Both the position numbers and the translations under genes were made by a program. From NCBI GenBank assembly GCA_040954595.2, contig CM082588.2, positions 2,516,144 to 2,580,143 of the forward strand: DNA of 64,000 nucleotides. Direction: 5' to 3'. How positions within the stretch are numbered: the first letter of the stretch is position 1; each line of letters begins with the position of its first letter. The notes under the pieces are model-generated. The model had not been told where the DNA came from. It made no database searches and was given only the letters and a program-made list of their open reading frames with translations. Below, one piece after another: positions 1 to 13,500 of the stretch. Source of the DNA: Balanoglossus misakiensis (taxonomy: Eukaryota; Animalia; Hemichordata).

Positions 1-432
1 TACTTTTATTTCTGCTTCCCACCATGGATCACAGAGCAGAAATTTACCTTGAACAGGAACTTTCTTGTCACTTCCAAATGGTATTATGAATACTGAAAAG
101 TAAATAGAAAACATGGTACAGTAACCAGCAATGACCTTTTTGATTGTTGTGAGTTTATCTCAATGACTAGTACATGTACTAGTATTTGAATACGGCAAAG
201 CACGTGTACCTTCTTTCTGAGAAACGTTCCGAGCCTCGGCCAAATGCGCTCCGCTAGCCACGTCGTTCATTTCGCTGCTGTCTAACCATTGGGGTTCTTG
301 GTCGTCGTCTTCCTCCTCATCATCATCGTCGTCATCATCGGCAGCATTATCATCGCCCCTTTTCTTGGGTATTCGCGTCAAGACTCCGGTTATAATTTTG
401 AAGTTGTCCCTTCGTTTCACAATACCCGCCAT
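1..432 (-). CDS. HELB: DNA helicase B, first two coding exons (gene runs off the left edge)
   Basis: Exon 432-210 (GT at 209-208) spliced to exon 92-1 (AG at 94-93) gives MAGIVKRRDNFKIITGVL...(D/E run)...QWLDSSEM...SQKE-VFIIPFGSDKKVPVQGKFLLCDPWWEAEIKV. This parallels the HELB N-terminus as I recall it (G.L, acidic run, F.D.EE, then V.GRFP...WW.V.V). Confidence 0.75.
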
Positions 433-493
433 GCTTGAAATGAAATGAAACAGTACCGAAAACGAGGCTACGGGAATTCCCTGCAGCTGACGA

Positions 494-501
494 TGACGTC
501 A
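494..501. promoter_or_regulatory. Palindromic CRE (TGACGTCA) about 60 bp upstream of the HELB ATG
   Basis: Exact TGACGTCA in a CpG-containing stretch directly 5' of the start codon. Function is not demonstrated. Confidence 0.35.
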
Positions 502-1455
502 TGTGAAACAGCGCCCTCTTCGTCTAGCATTGAAGTTCCCTTGGCCTAGACCCTTGTCGGATTTCGTACGTATTATAAAAGGGAAATATTAATAACAGCC
601 CAGCTGTTTTTTAAATATGTGCTAGCTTTGGTTTCAGTTATTCAGGAAAAATGATTTTCGTCTTTAAAATTCTTTCTGCTCAAGAAGGGCTAATTTAAGA
701 CATTGTGTACAAACAACATGACAAAATTTGATGCAAATGTCAATTTATTTCATATATTCAAATATACTCACAAAAATATACAAACAATTGTTGGTGATCA
801 TTTCTCAGGAAAAACATACCAAATTTTCAGTCAAATTTACAAAATGGTACTTACAACAAAGTATACATAAATAAAAGAAAATTTGTAGAAAATATTTTTT
901 ACAGAATCTAGTATGGACAATATAAAAGGTAGCATTCAAAATCTTGCATAATACAGATTTAAAATTCAGATATCTTGGAGACAAATGGACAGTACTGTCT
1001 TTAATGCTTGCAGTCTGTTGTGTGTACTGTAGCACCAGAATCAAAATATCTTAGGGTACCTGGTGTGGAAGGTGGCACCTGTTAGTACTGGATATTGGAG
1101 ATATCAAATTTGTCTGTCCTGGTTATTGTCTTTGATATGAAATAAATACACACAGGTTTACTTGTGGTTGGCAGTTAATGGAAAGTCAGCGATCACATGC
1201 AATGTAGAGTTCGTGCTTTATTATTGCTTCTTGAATTTTTCAATGTTGGTAAAATAACGTCATGTATTGTCTCTCACACATGGTGCAAAACACAGTAAAA
1301 CCTGAGATCAGACCGACTTCTGTTGAAATGTTAAGGCAAGTGTTATTTTATATTTTAGGTGTCAGTTTTAAATAGTCTTTAATATATTTGTATAATTGCA
1401 GCATGTGAGTATCAGAAGGGTGACATGTGGGTGTCATGGGGGTGTCATGTGGACA

Positions 1456-4400
1456 TCATGTGAGTCCAAATCCTTTTCCATTTTCTATGGCAGTTAGAAG
1501 TCTTTCCCGGAGTTTTTCTCTTGTGGCATAGGAGGGAAGCAGGAGTCTGTTGAAGCACGTCATGGCAGTTGGCAAGCGATCGGAGTCCGGTCCATTTCTC
1601 TGGATGACAACCGGCAAGCTGGATAAGCCTTTCAGTGGTACCTGGAAAAATTCACAGAAAAATAGTTTTTTTTTATTTCTCTTGAATTTGTATGTATGTA
1701 TGTGTGTGTGTGTATGAAGTACAATGATGCACGAGTATGATTAAGATGTGCTTCTTGTCTCAGTTAATCTATGTCAGTATGTGTGAGTATGTAAATGGAT
1801 ATACGCTACAACTACTTACCCGGTCACTTCCAGTTATAAAGTTAAGAAGTTTCTTCTTCTGGTCTTCATTCAATGTGTGAATGATGGACCAGAATGCTGT
1901 GATGGTTGGGTGTTTCCTGTGAAGCGAAGTGAAAAGTTCTAGTTGGCATATTGGTTCAAGTTTAGGTGCATTAAAACTTAGACACACCCTCATCATGGGA
2001 ACATCTTAATAAACTCCCTCTAAAGGTTGTAGGCACATGGAATGCTCCAAGGCACACATCTGCATGAGAATCCCATGTAGGAAGCCAAAGATATTTTGAG
2101 TTACCCTGTAATTAGTACTTACTTCGTAAAACCATCATCATAAGTCGTCGACAATTCTAACGCCTTGAAGTCCAAATCAGGGCTACCACAGATAAGCAAC
2201 TCTATTTCTTGTCCACAGAATAATTTCAAGGCATCACCACCACAGACAAGATGAAAACCTCTGGCAAATGCCTCAAACTGGGTGGCTATGCTGTCTTCAA
2301 GTAAATGTTTGAGGTACAAGCTGACAAACTGGGAACGATTCTGAAAATGAAATCAAAAACAGGAAGTTATCACTGTCCTCTTGGTATTATGTTGATAGTG
2401 GAATTGAAACCATTAACCCTTTTTCACCACCATGTTAGACAAGTTGAATGGGTTTGTTTGTTGGGTGCTTAGATTCAGTGCTCCTTAACTCACCTGGTTA
2501 GTGACTGGGATTTCTGAGCCGTTTGGTGCGAGATCCACTGTCACCATTTCACCCATAGACTGGTAGGAAATCTATGAACAATACAAGGTGGAGATACACT
2601 GTGAATGTTCTGAACCAGGGCCATATGCAAAACTACATGACACCAGACTCATGTATACTAATAAAATAATGTGATTTCATGATCCAGTGTGACACCTGGA
2701 TCCTTCTACAATACTCATCAAACCAACCTGAAATGTCTGACAGAAAGTGAACTCCACATCATCTTCATACTCCAACAACTCTTTGAGTCCGCTGCCCAGT
2801 GACGGTTGGAAGTCCATCAGATCCTGCAGGTCCAAATCCTCTCCCTGCAGCTTCTTGTAAATGGCCGTCGGAAAGTGAATGTCCAATATGATCCCATTGT
2901 AAATAGCCAAGCCAAGGATAATGCCCACTAGTTCAAACTCTTCCTGGCTTTCGAAAGATGCACCTGGAGAAATAATGTGATGAATTGTCTCAGAGTTCAA
3001 ATACCACAAAACAAGTTTATTATCGCACGAAAATATTTTAAAAGTCAACTGACACAAAGATTACATACCATTTATCCAAAGCATCCTACTTTCCTCGAGG
3101 TACGTAAACATTCCATAACTGGGATTAAATATGGATTCTGTGATCAACTGAAAGAATTCTTTCTGCAGTCCACCAAGATCCAGACCCTACAAACAAGAAA
3201 AATATATTTGATCAAAATGTTTACTTTTCAAGGACTTGTGCCTGGTGTGCGTTAGTTGTGATAACTGACCTTTCGAACAGTGCCACAGGTCACCAGGGGT
3301 CAGGGTGCAAAGAGTTAAATAGCGACTTGTCATTACCTGTTCACCACCACCCACAAACTTGACCTTGAGTGGTTTCTTCAGTTCGGATTGTTTCAATCTG
3401 ATCTGGGCCAGAGTGTCTTTGATGAGGTCTTCCCTGGTCACCTCAAACACCAAGAACGGACACATGGCAGACTTGATGGCATCTTCCAGGTCAGCACTCT
3501 TGTCCAGGGCTTCTCTGTAGTACTTCTGCGCTTGGCTCACTCTCTGTTGGTGACACAGATTTGAAAATCAAGGTGGTATTAGCTCATACTAACACAGATC
3601 ACCTAGAACACAGGTCATAATGGAGTCATTCATACAGTCTATGATGATGTACTGTGGGTATAAACAGAAGTGTTCATGATACTTACAGCTTGGTGCAGTA
3701 TGGCATCCTGGTATTCTTGTCTCATTTGCACAACCGACTCAAGATGCAGAATGTGAACCTTTGACTGAACAGAAAAGAAAATACAACAACTTTTATCTCA
3801 AGAAACCAACAAGGCCAACATACAGTGTTATGATTTTCATAAAAAATTCATCAACAACTTACTGCAGGGTCAAGAAGGAATGGGAACTCCAGCAGCGAGA
3901 CGTTGCCGTCTTTGTGTCCATTTTGCGTTGACTCGCTGCACTCTGCTAGCAAATGATTATCTCTCCAGATTTCAAACTCTGTCCTGTAATCTAACCTCCT
4001 GAAAATGTAAAGCATAAATTATGTTCAGAAGCTTTATTAGTCATCATCATCATCACAACCACAAAAATATTACATGCGACATGCTCGTGGTCATCGTTTA
4101 CCTTGATAGATCACCGGAGTAGAATTCTTCCATTGGTATAATTCGCTTTCCCTTCTGCTGGTACACACTGTTGTTAGCCTCAAACAAAATTGATAATGCC
4201 CTCCCAATATCCATGAGATTTGGTTCAGATCTGAAAGATTTGTATTATGGAGAGGATGATTATTTCCAGTTGCACATCAAAGATAAGCTGTTTATTCCCT
4301 CAAGCAAAGATTAACAATGTGTCATTCACTCACCCTTGTTTTGGCTTGAGAGCCGTACTGATATGTCTCAAGAAGACTTTTACCAACTTTCTGAAGTCGT

Positions 4401-7400
4401 CAGGACTGTACTCGGCCAGTATCTTTATAAGGACCTTCTTGCTGTTGGTCAACTGGGTGAACACTTGGCAGAGTTTCTGTAGTAACTTACTGTTATTCTG
4501 TACGAGAGGGTTCTCCAGTAGAATGACAACCTGGGGATGTAGAGAAAGCATTGTACATTAGATATGGCAACATAGGAAAACTAGTACAGACGGACACACA
4601 GATGGACGGACAGACAGGCAGACAGACACATAACTCACCTGGTTTATATCTTGAGGTTGAATTGAAGCACTTTGCAAGGAAGACAGTACAATTTCAACTG
4701 CATTGGTCAAGGTCATCTGGAAGACTTCTCTGGGGTCAAGGTTCAACAAGAGTTCATACGCTTTCCTGACAGCACTGATGTCAAGTGCAGAATCTGCATC
4801 TAAATCATTTACCTGGTAGAAATCAAAGATGAAATTGTCAAAAAATTGAATTTTATTTGATATAAAAGAAGACAATTATGTTACTTGTACCCCGCTAAAA
4901 CTTTATACCTGTGTTGTAACAACTTGAAGTCAAATATTCACCACATCATTGGATGTTAGGATAACTGACAGCAGTCTCACCTTAAAGCTTGCATTTAAAG
5001 CATCTGACGATGTAAATACTGTTCTGATTGTATTCACAAGGAAGGAAGGATCCCGTAATTCTTTATACTTCTCAATGGCAGTCTGAAAGAAACCCACAAC
5101 ATTGGATGATAGTCCTCCAAACTTTCAATTCTTTGTTATAATGCTTTGGGTGGGATAATTGAGCTGCATAGAATGGAATGCTAATATTGTGTGGAGTTAT
5201 CGCACAGTACTTTCATTTCTTTGAAGAGTCCTGTCGGCAAAGTCCACATGTACCTTACTCTATGGCTTGCTAATGCCCATGAGGTATACTTGCTCCTCAC
5301 AGGAATGGATTAACAAGCCAAAATTACTGGAAAAAAATATCCTGGAGATTAATTGGCGACCAAGGTTATGATGAATGACAGAAATGAACTCCTTTAGATA
5401 TCACATTCTTGTAGACGTACCTCAAGCATGGTGATAGTCAGATGGGTCAGGGAGAACTCCTTGATCTCCTCGGCCCCTCCAGACATTTCTAAGGCACACT
5501 GGTTCTCAAAATCTTCGAGATTATCAGCTAGTGCTTCGTTGGATGATAACAGATAGGTGGGCATGGATGTAATGGAAGACATGGTGGTGTTCCAGGCACC
5601 GGAGCTGAGCAGGAGAGCGGAGTTGGTGCTGACACTTGCCAGACTGCTGCATGTACCGGTGCTGTCCAAAGGTACAGAGCTGTGGAGATTCACAGATTCA
5701 CATTCATTAACCCCAAAACCCTGGCTGCTTGTTTCATAAATACACAGTAATTTACACTTACAGAGCAAGATATACACTTTTCACATGGGTATTACTGTAC
5801 TAATCTTTTGACAAACATATACAAGACACGTAAGCTTGACTTACCTCTGTCGTGGCAAGTAGTTAGCAGTAGCTGACATGACATGCTCCATTCCACAGCT
5901 TTTACTTCTGGTGATTAACTTCCCTGAGATTCCACAATCGAGAAAATCACCTGCTGTTTCTTTCCCAATGGAATGATTCTTAGTCCTGAGTTCTGTGCGG
6001 CTGGGGCTTCCGCCAGAGTGTACTGATCCCAACTTGGGAATTGCCCCGCAGCTGGAAATGCTGAGTTTGGAGTTGCCACCGACGCTGGGCATTGGCAAGG
6101 ATTCCGTGGGCAGGTTGCGGAGGCTGGATGGCTTGCTCAGTGTTATTTTGGGTTGGGGGGCTTTGTCCTTGAATAAAGATGCAAACGGCGTGCAAGAAAA
6201 CATGGAGTGCAGAAAGGGCTTGGTGGAACCTGGTCTGGCAGAAAATATTTCATTCGGAAGTCCACGTCCAATGTATTTTTCACCCGCACACAGGTAAAAG
6301 CTGAAATGACAACAGATATAACAACTAGGTTTATAAAAATATAGCTGACTCCATATTTTACCTGGATATTTTATCATTGAGACTCTTATTGAATTTCTTG
6401 AATACAGATGTCAATATAGAACAATGTGTCTGAAAATCATGGTGCTGTACCTTTTCCTTGAGGCTAATTCAATGCTGATGATAGCTGCTACATCTCGCTG
6501 AAACTTGTGACCTGGAAATAGAAGAAGGGCTGTTGTCAATATCAGCAATTGGTGTCAGTGATGAAGGAAAGCTGACAACAGAGCATGTTTCTATTTCATT
6601 TACGATTATTACAAATAGAGAGGACAAACTGACCTTTGGCAGAAAAACAAAATTTGTTCTTGCAGTTCTTGTTGCCACATCCCTCTATCAGCTGATAAAA
6701 GTATCTTTTGACGAGCTGTTCAAAGTAAGTCTTTGCCACAGCACTGGTTGTGTTTGGGGCATCATAGCTCCTTGGTGGAAGTGCTTCCTGAATTGATAAG
6801 TTACTGTCTGACAGTGCAGCGAGGTTGCTGGCACTTAGTGTCCTGTGAAAATGTCAATTAAAATATGGTCATTTTAGTTTCTTACGAGAATGAGAAACCA
6901 GAGTGTGTGTTTCTAGGCAACAGAAAATTAGGATAGTCTAAGTGATGTCAATTCCACAGTCACCATTTCCATTGTTTGTATTTCACAGCAAATGAACACC
7001 CTCATATTTAATTAACTTCCATGACTTTGGTTCTCCTGGCTTCAAGTTAGAAATCTTCAGTTGTTTAAAAGTACATACTTCTGCAAAAGCATATTAATGT
7101 GAGTGTACATACTACAATCTTGGAAAGGCTGAAGTTTTGTCATTTTCCTTTATAGCACATTTTTTGACGTGATATGAAAACCTGTAATAACATACAGGGG
7201 TCACGTACAGGCTGGTAATAAGTTTTACCCACGTGTTTACTCAAAAACTTAATCAAATTACTGTGTCCGATTTTTCATCCAACTTTGTTTACACACATTT
7301 TCTTGTCACTGGGCTAGTGCTCAGTTACACAAATGTATAAAAACATTGGCAAACTTTGAACATATTTTGATTAATACTTACTTTTTCAAGTCAGCGAATT

Positions 7401-7950
7401 GTACTAGACTGTTTGACCGGCTTCTGACAGATGTCAGGTTGTGAAAGGAACCACCTCCAACATTCTTGTTCAATTTGGGCTGGCTTGTAGAATGTCTGTG
7501 TAACAAAAAGGAATTAAATGTTATGTGTTGGTCCACGATGTTAATTATAAAGCACATTGTAATTGTAATATTTCCTAAATGAGACAGACATTCCAGAAAA
7601 GTTGTTTATGTGGGGCAATATTTCAAGTGCAATGCTAGGTGCCCAAGGAATATCAATTAAATGCAGCGGTTCAAAGGACATAGTTGATTGGTGTCACGGG
7701 TATTTTCGAATTAATAATAAGAAAAATTCAGGGCAGGAAAAAAATCATCATTATTTATTATTACTGTCTTCATTATTTGTCTGTGTGAAACTGTCAATGT
7801 ACATCTCATCTACTGTTCAAGTTCAGCTTACCTTGCCAACTTTAATCTGTTAACATCAGCATGAATGACAGAGGCTGGCAATGAACCTCTCTTTGTAGCA
7901 GCTCTTGGTGGCCTACCAGTTGGAACAGCAAACTGGAAATCCTCTGTCAT
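1456..7950 (-). CDS. Multi-exon HECT E3 ubiquitin ligase with N-terminal AZUL zinc finger (UBE3A/E6AP-related class)
   Basis: The exon at ~6633-6843 encodes FEQLVKRYFYQLIEGCGNKNCKNKFC (AZUL pattern). Spliced C-terminal exons give LKKPLKVKFVGGGEQGLDLGGLQKEFFQL...FELVGIILGLAIYNGIILDIHFP...FITGSDRVP...NGPDSDRLPTAMTCFNRLLLPSY...KGFGLT* with the catalytic Cys intact and TGA at 1458-1456. The ATG at 7950 (MTEDFQFAVP) is inferred from in-frame splicing of upstream exons. Confidence 0.9.
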
Positions 7951-8289
7951 CTTTGTTCTATATGAGGCCAATATATAATGTGATTATTGTTTGTAATAGG
8001 TGACAATCTAACTTGGCCAGGAAAGGTACATACGTGACATGTATGTTGCAAAAAACGAAAGAATCTACATACACATAACATTGCTTCAGTGCTGACAAAA
8101 TAAATCGAGGAATGACGTCACCTCTGTCGTCAAATTATTAAATTTCGCTTTGAACACTCTTCGAAAATATAATGATTACAAAAGACAATTTCCTCTGGCA
8201 AGTGCCAACTTGCCGAATGACGGTCTGTTTACACGTCGATAAATAATGCATGGTGGGCCAACGGTAAACAACTATGAAACAACTCACCT

Positions 8290-8998
8290 GAATTCGGACA
8301 CAACTGCATGGGAATGTCCTATGTTTCTAAATGAGCAACTACGGTTCGAGAAAAATAACACATTACTTCGGAGAAGACATCCGACAAACTTTCTGTCAAC
8401 AAACAGCCATAATAGCTTAGGACACACTCGATAACACACTGCAGGCTGCCATTTTCAGTTGAGCAATGCAGGCGTCAGACGCACTAAGTCTTCGTGTACC
8501 CTAACTACCAACTTATTCTTCACAACCTGTTTCATTTTTATGCACAAATATCAATAAATAGACAAGATAAAGAAATATAATTATATATTTTATTCATAAT
8601 ACTATTTTGAATGGCATATTTGATGCCTGAATGGCATTTTATATATATTGCGGACTGGACTTTTATTGATATTAAACGCGTAAAGGTAACCATACTAAAG
8701 TGATTTGCTCGTCTGTTTGGTTGATTTCTGTCAGTAAGCTAAAGGGTCTCGAAGTGTTGTGTATATCCTGGAATGTACATGCACTCTTCCTGAAATTGAC
8801 ATCGCTGAGATGGGCTCATCTTCCCTTGTGATACTTTGTAGAGTGATCGCTTGCAAGCTAGTAGGAATGAAGTGAATGTCCGATCATCGCATTCAACGAA
8901 ATTCCAATCGAGACTGGTATAGTAGTACCCCAGTTTGGGTCCCAACCTAAGTACTGTACATACCCTATACTCAATTTCATTACATTACAATAAGTAAC
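8290..8998. promoter_or_regulatory. Probable bidirectional promoter region between the HECT gene and TIPRL
   Basis: Head-to-head layout: a minus-strand donor-like site near 8287 implies a 5'UTR exon of the HECT gene, and the TIPRL ATG is at 8999. A YY1-like AAAATGGC lies on the minus strand near 8450. Confidence 0.5.
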
Positions 8999-10545
8999 AT
9001 GGCACAGTCAGGTGCTTCAACTGAAAGATCTGCATTGAAGGAAGACTTCCAGTTCGGACCATGGAAAATAAATGTGGTGAAAAGCCATATTCTAAGGTCA
9101 AATTGCGTCAGTCCTGATAAGTGTAAAACTGGTAATGGTGTCCCTACTGCACAGTTGTGTATGGTATGTAGGTAAGTAGTGAGGGGGGAATTATGTATGT
9201 GTGTGTGTGTGTGTGTGTGCATACATACATGATACATACATACATACATACATACGTACAGACAGACAGACATGATAACCTTGAAAATTGTTCTTATTAA
9301 TAATTAGACATTAATCCTTTTTTCAGATATGAAAAGGAACTTAGCTTGCCACAGATCCCAGAGATGGTTTTCGGTGACAATAAATTCTCCATCACTCACA
9401 GTGATGGCTTTGGCTTGGAATTCAATGCCCTGGATGCATTGAAGTTAGTTGATGATAAACATGACCTCATGAAAGTTGCTGTAGCTGAACAGTGGAAGGA
9501 GGCAAGGTATTAATGATTTCATGATATCGATCAACATACATGTTGTATTCTGAGGAAATTAATATGTGTGTGAACTTATTTTTGCGCCATGATCAGGTGG
9601 GATTCCATAATCTGTTGCTATCACCTTACTTGCAGACAAGACAGTGAATTTATCAATGAAGTGGTGAAGCCATTTGATTGGACATTCTCCACTGATTACA
9701 AAGGAACATTGAAGTTCAAGACCAACAAAGAAATGAAGGTGAATATTGGGTCTTTCAAATTTTGCACAGGATAAAGTGACAGCTTTTTTTTATAAACCAT
9801 CAGCATGGTGACCCCTCATGTCTCTGATGTCTTGTGTATTTTGTTGAATAGTGCGTGCCAACAGATCAACGGATAGACATGGAAAAGTTGAAAATCAGGG
9901 AGAAAATTTTCTTCTTTGAAGAAGTTGTGTTGTTTGAAGACGAACTTGCTGACAATGGAGCAGCATTCTTGAGTGTCAAAGTGGTAAGTCAATGTCTGGA
10001 CTTTCATACACTGTACAGTGGACATGTCTGGTTCTCCCATAGACAGACTGCATGAGAGATTGATTATGATTATCATTTTTGATGTGGTTTGGGAATAGAC
10101 GTTTTACGGTAACATGAATTCCTTTTCTTTACAGAGAGTAATGCAGACAAGCTTCTTTGTACTACTGAGGTATTTTCTGAGAATTGACAAAGTCCTCATC
10201 AGGATTAACGACACTAGGATTTACCACGAAGTAAGTCAAATCATAGACAGTATAAAATGGCTTCTTCTTTCCATGGTCACCTTTAGCTGTTCATATAAAA
10301 GCCTTGACTGTAGAGGTAGTCAACCACGTCCAGACACGAATGATGATTGCCATTTCTTTTACATACAGGCCGAGTGGAATTACATACTGAGAGAGTTCAC
10401 GTCCAAAGAGAAGAAAATTCCAGACTTGCTGAGTGGTGGCGTTTCTGCAAGCAAATTTACCAACCCACTGGAAGTTGCAGAACATCTAGATGTAGTCACA
10501 GAGTTGTACGAGAAATTAGAATTCCCAGAATCAGCACAGCTGTAA
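8999..10545 (+). CDS. TIPRL: TIP41-like protein (PP2A regulator), multi-exon
   Basis: Spliced exons give MAQSG...[16 protein letters not shown]...[12 protein letters not shown]...[10 protein letters not shown]...[17 protein letters not shown]...[18 protein letters not shown]...[32 protein letters not shown]...YILREF, which are hallmark TIP41 motifs. Stop TAA at 10543-10545. Confidence 0.95.
9195..9271. repeat. Compound (GT)n/(CATA)n/(CAGA)n microsatellite in TIPRL intron 1
   Basis: Directly visible tandem repeats. Confidence 0.85.
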
Positions 10546-10982
10546 AGCTTAAAAGAAACTTTGTGTAGATATTCAAGTTTTGAACACTTACACCAAATTG
10601 ATGTGATTCTACAGACAATAATTGATAACATTACTTTTCTGTCTTCTCAAAATTTAGACCATGTTTCATCTTTTTCATAATCTCACTGATTCTTTAGTTC
10701 TGCATAGCTTTCACAGAAGAATCTCTCAGCAGCTTCTAAAGCTTCATTAGACCTTTGTAAAGGTGTAGGCGAAAAAAATGATGGGCACCACCTTGGGGCA
10801 GGGGAGCTCGGATTCCCTGAACTTGAAAGAAGGTTCTTGTAAGTCTTATCACTAGATGGCGCTCGCCGCATGGGAAGTGTTGAACTGTTGCTGCGATGAC
10901 TTTGGCAGTACACTCGACAGTTTTTGATCATCAACATCACACAGAAAACATTTCGTGTCTTTCAAATAAGTATGTACAATTG

Positions 10983-11008
10983 AATAAACGTTAAAGTGAG
11001 ACTTTATT
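10983..11008. terminator. Pair of convergent poly(A) signals (AATAAA on + at 10983-10988; AATAAA on - at 11008-11003)
   Basis: Both hexamers are visible, downstream of the TIPRL stop (+) and the knottin-peptide stop (-) respectively. Confidence 0.55.
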
Positions 11009-11185
11009 CAACTTATACATAGAATTCTATGCAAAATCCGCAAACAAATGAAAAGTTGATTTGCCAGTGACAGCTGTGTTCTAGTATTTCTCATAAGCCA
11101 TGGTATTGAACTTTTTATATCACCTCCGATATTTTCTTCTTGGGCAGGGAAGCTATCTGGCCGACACTAGAAGGCGCACCACCTG

Positions 11186-11572
11186 TTAGCCAAAGTGTGA
11201 CTTGTTGCGACAAATACACACTTTGCGCGGATTACAAGGCTTTCCAGATATGTCGTAGCAAGCCATTCCGTCACAACACTGATTTGGACCCTTTGGGTCA
11301 CACTTTCCGCCCTGAGGGATCTTACCATCACACTGGGGGAAAAAGAAAGAAATGGGGTTAAGAGTGCTTTGATATCGAATGAATAAAATGGTTAGCAGAA
11401 AATTGTCTATTTAACGGCAACAAAATGTACGGAAATCGCTCACCCCTTCTTCGACCTCGCTACCCTCACTCTCAGCTTCAAAATAATTCATCCAGTTGGG
11501 CTTTGCCGTGACCGTTGCTACTGTCGTTAGAAGGACAAGCAAACACACGACGGATAAGACCAGGATCTTCAT
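11186..11572 (-). CDS. Secreted 91-aa cysteine-rich knottin/toxin-like peptide precursor
   Basis: Exon 11572-11444 (129 nt, GTGAGC donor) plus exon 11332-11186 (polypyrimidine-CAG acceptor) gives MKILVLSVVCLLVLLTTVATVTA-KPNWMNYFEAESEGSEVEEG-CDGKIPQGGKCDPKGPNQCCDGMACYDISGKPCNPRKVCICRNKSHFG*. It has a signal peptide, an acidic spacer, 8 Cys and a downstream AATAAA. Confidence 0.85.
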
Positions 11573-13500
11573 TTCTCTGAAATGTGAGACAAGACGCTGT
11601 TTGAGATGCGAACTGAGCTAGTGTTTCATGTAATATTCAGTTTCTGTGGACTATTTAACTCGACTCAGAGATTTTCTGATTGTGTCCAGGTGCGCGTTAT
11701 TGTTGAGGGAAATGATATAGAAAAGTGGATATCGCAGGTATTGCAGTGAGAATGCAGGGTTGTAATGTAAAGAATTTTTATTAATGTCGAATAATTGATG
11801 GGACGACACCTTGTTTCACCCTTTTGAAGATTTATGACAAATTTCCTGTCAGGATTAAACTTTAAATCTCCCGATTAATGGACGATTTTTGATCACCAGC
11901 TGTCTTTACCAACTATTGCCTATTCTGCATAGCACGATGATTTCTAATTCTACCCACCCCATATCTCCAGACCACGGACCGTGCCAGTATTAGTGATGGA
12001 AATATCGTAAGTCGTCTGACCATTTTCGGATAAAAAAACGGCAACATTTTAACAATAATGTTTGGAAACATTATATACCTATCCTATCGTGTCGACAACA
12101 ATTATTCAACTATTGAGAATAATATTCGAAAAGCAAAATACAATCTTGCCAAAAATTGAAACTGGTATTCCATTCAACTGGAACGTACCTGTTACTTCGC
12201 CCTTACTGATAAATGCCAAAGTTGTGTCTTCAAGAATGTTTGACTCTATGCTCAGATCACAAGACAGGTCTGACGAGAGTGACTCGGGAGGTAAAATGAT
12301 TTGCAAATCCTAGAGATGTTCACATTATATATGTCCAGGCTGTAGTCCCGTAGGCGTCATATTATAAATCAATACCAGGGATAGTTAATATTTCAGTGAA
12401 TTAATAAAAGATCAGCATAATCCCAAAACTATTTTATATCGACCCGTATCCAATCGCTTGGGACGTAATAATGCGAAAATTATGAAATGTCATAAATTAT
12501 GTATGACTTTGAACTCGTGTGATGCGACCTGCGACCACACATGATCGTATGCATTCAAAGATTTGCGGAAACACATGCAAATTTAGCCACAGTTACCATG
12601 GAAATTGGAGTTCTATCTAATGGCCGTGACAGACGGCCACACGAAACCAAGCATGGACATTAAGAGACTTAGAGCACCCTTTTAACCATATATGGGCATA
12701 TGTAAATTGAGTTGATCGTACCAGTAGTTTATCAATTCCCTGTTGGGTTTCTGCGCAGATGATTTACGACTGACTTCGTTGAGCCAGTCACAGATCATTC
12801 CACTAAGTATGTCTTTTATGGCGCATTTGGTCACGAATTTCGATACTTCTTGAGGAGACACATATGCGGCTGATGACAGCTTTATGATGCCACAATTGGG
12901 CGCAAGATTATATCCATAAGAGAGACGACAGATGCAGTTAATTACTCGAGAGTCTTTCATTAATCATAACCGTGAAAACGTGGCGAATGCTCATGAGTGT
13001 TTGTCTGTCTCTGCCTGAAAGAAAGAATGAAAGAAAGAGATATACACTTATTGATCTGAACCCATGACGGCGTCAGAGACTAGTATTTTTCATGTGATTT
13101 CAAGATTTCACCAATTTACAAGGATGACCACGTACAGAAACAGCATGAGCAAAATACTTTTTTATTTTCTGAACATCGTAATTTTTTACAGGCCTTTAAG
13201 TCTTTTGCCAGAATGACATCTCACGCATGCGTCAATGCTGTTAAGGTATCGATCGACGATGTGGCAAGCTAAGAAAACGATCTCAGAAACCTCGTTTGAC
13301 AACATCAAGGCGAAACGGAAAAATAGAGACAAATAAAATAATCAACATAGAGCTAAAACTACAGGTTCTTATCTAACCTTACAGATAATCAGTGATATCT
13401 TTGTAAGGAAATCTATGATTAAAAGGCGACTGCTAAATCTAGTAGGCCTACTTGTAAGTTGACATTCAAGATGAATGTAAAATAAGACAGAGCTTCACTC

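Noticed and set aside
11750-12500. Overlapping short ORFs on both strands upstream of the knottin gene
   Set aside because: No recognisable motif or consistent splice pattern. It may be decayed coding or transposon sequence, but this cannot be supported.
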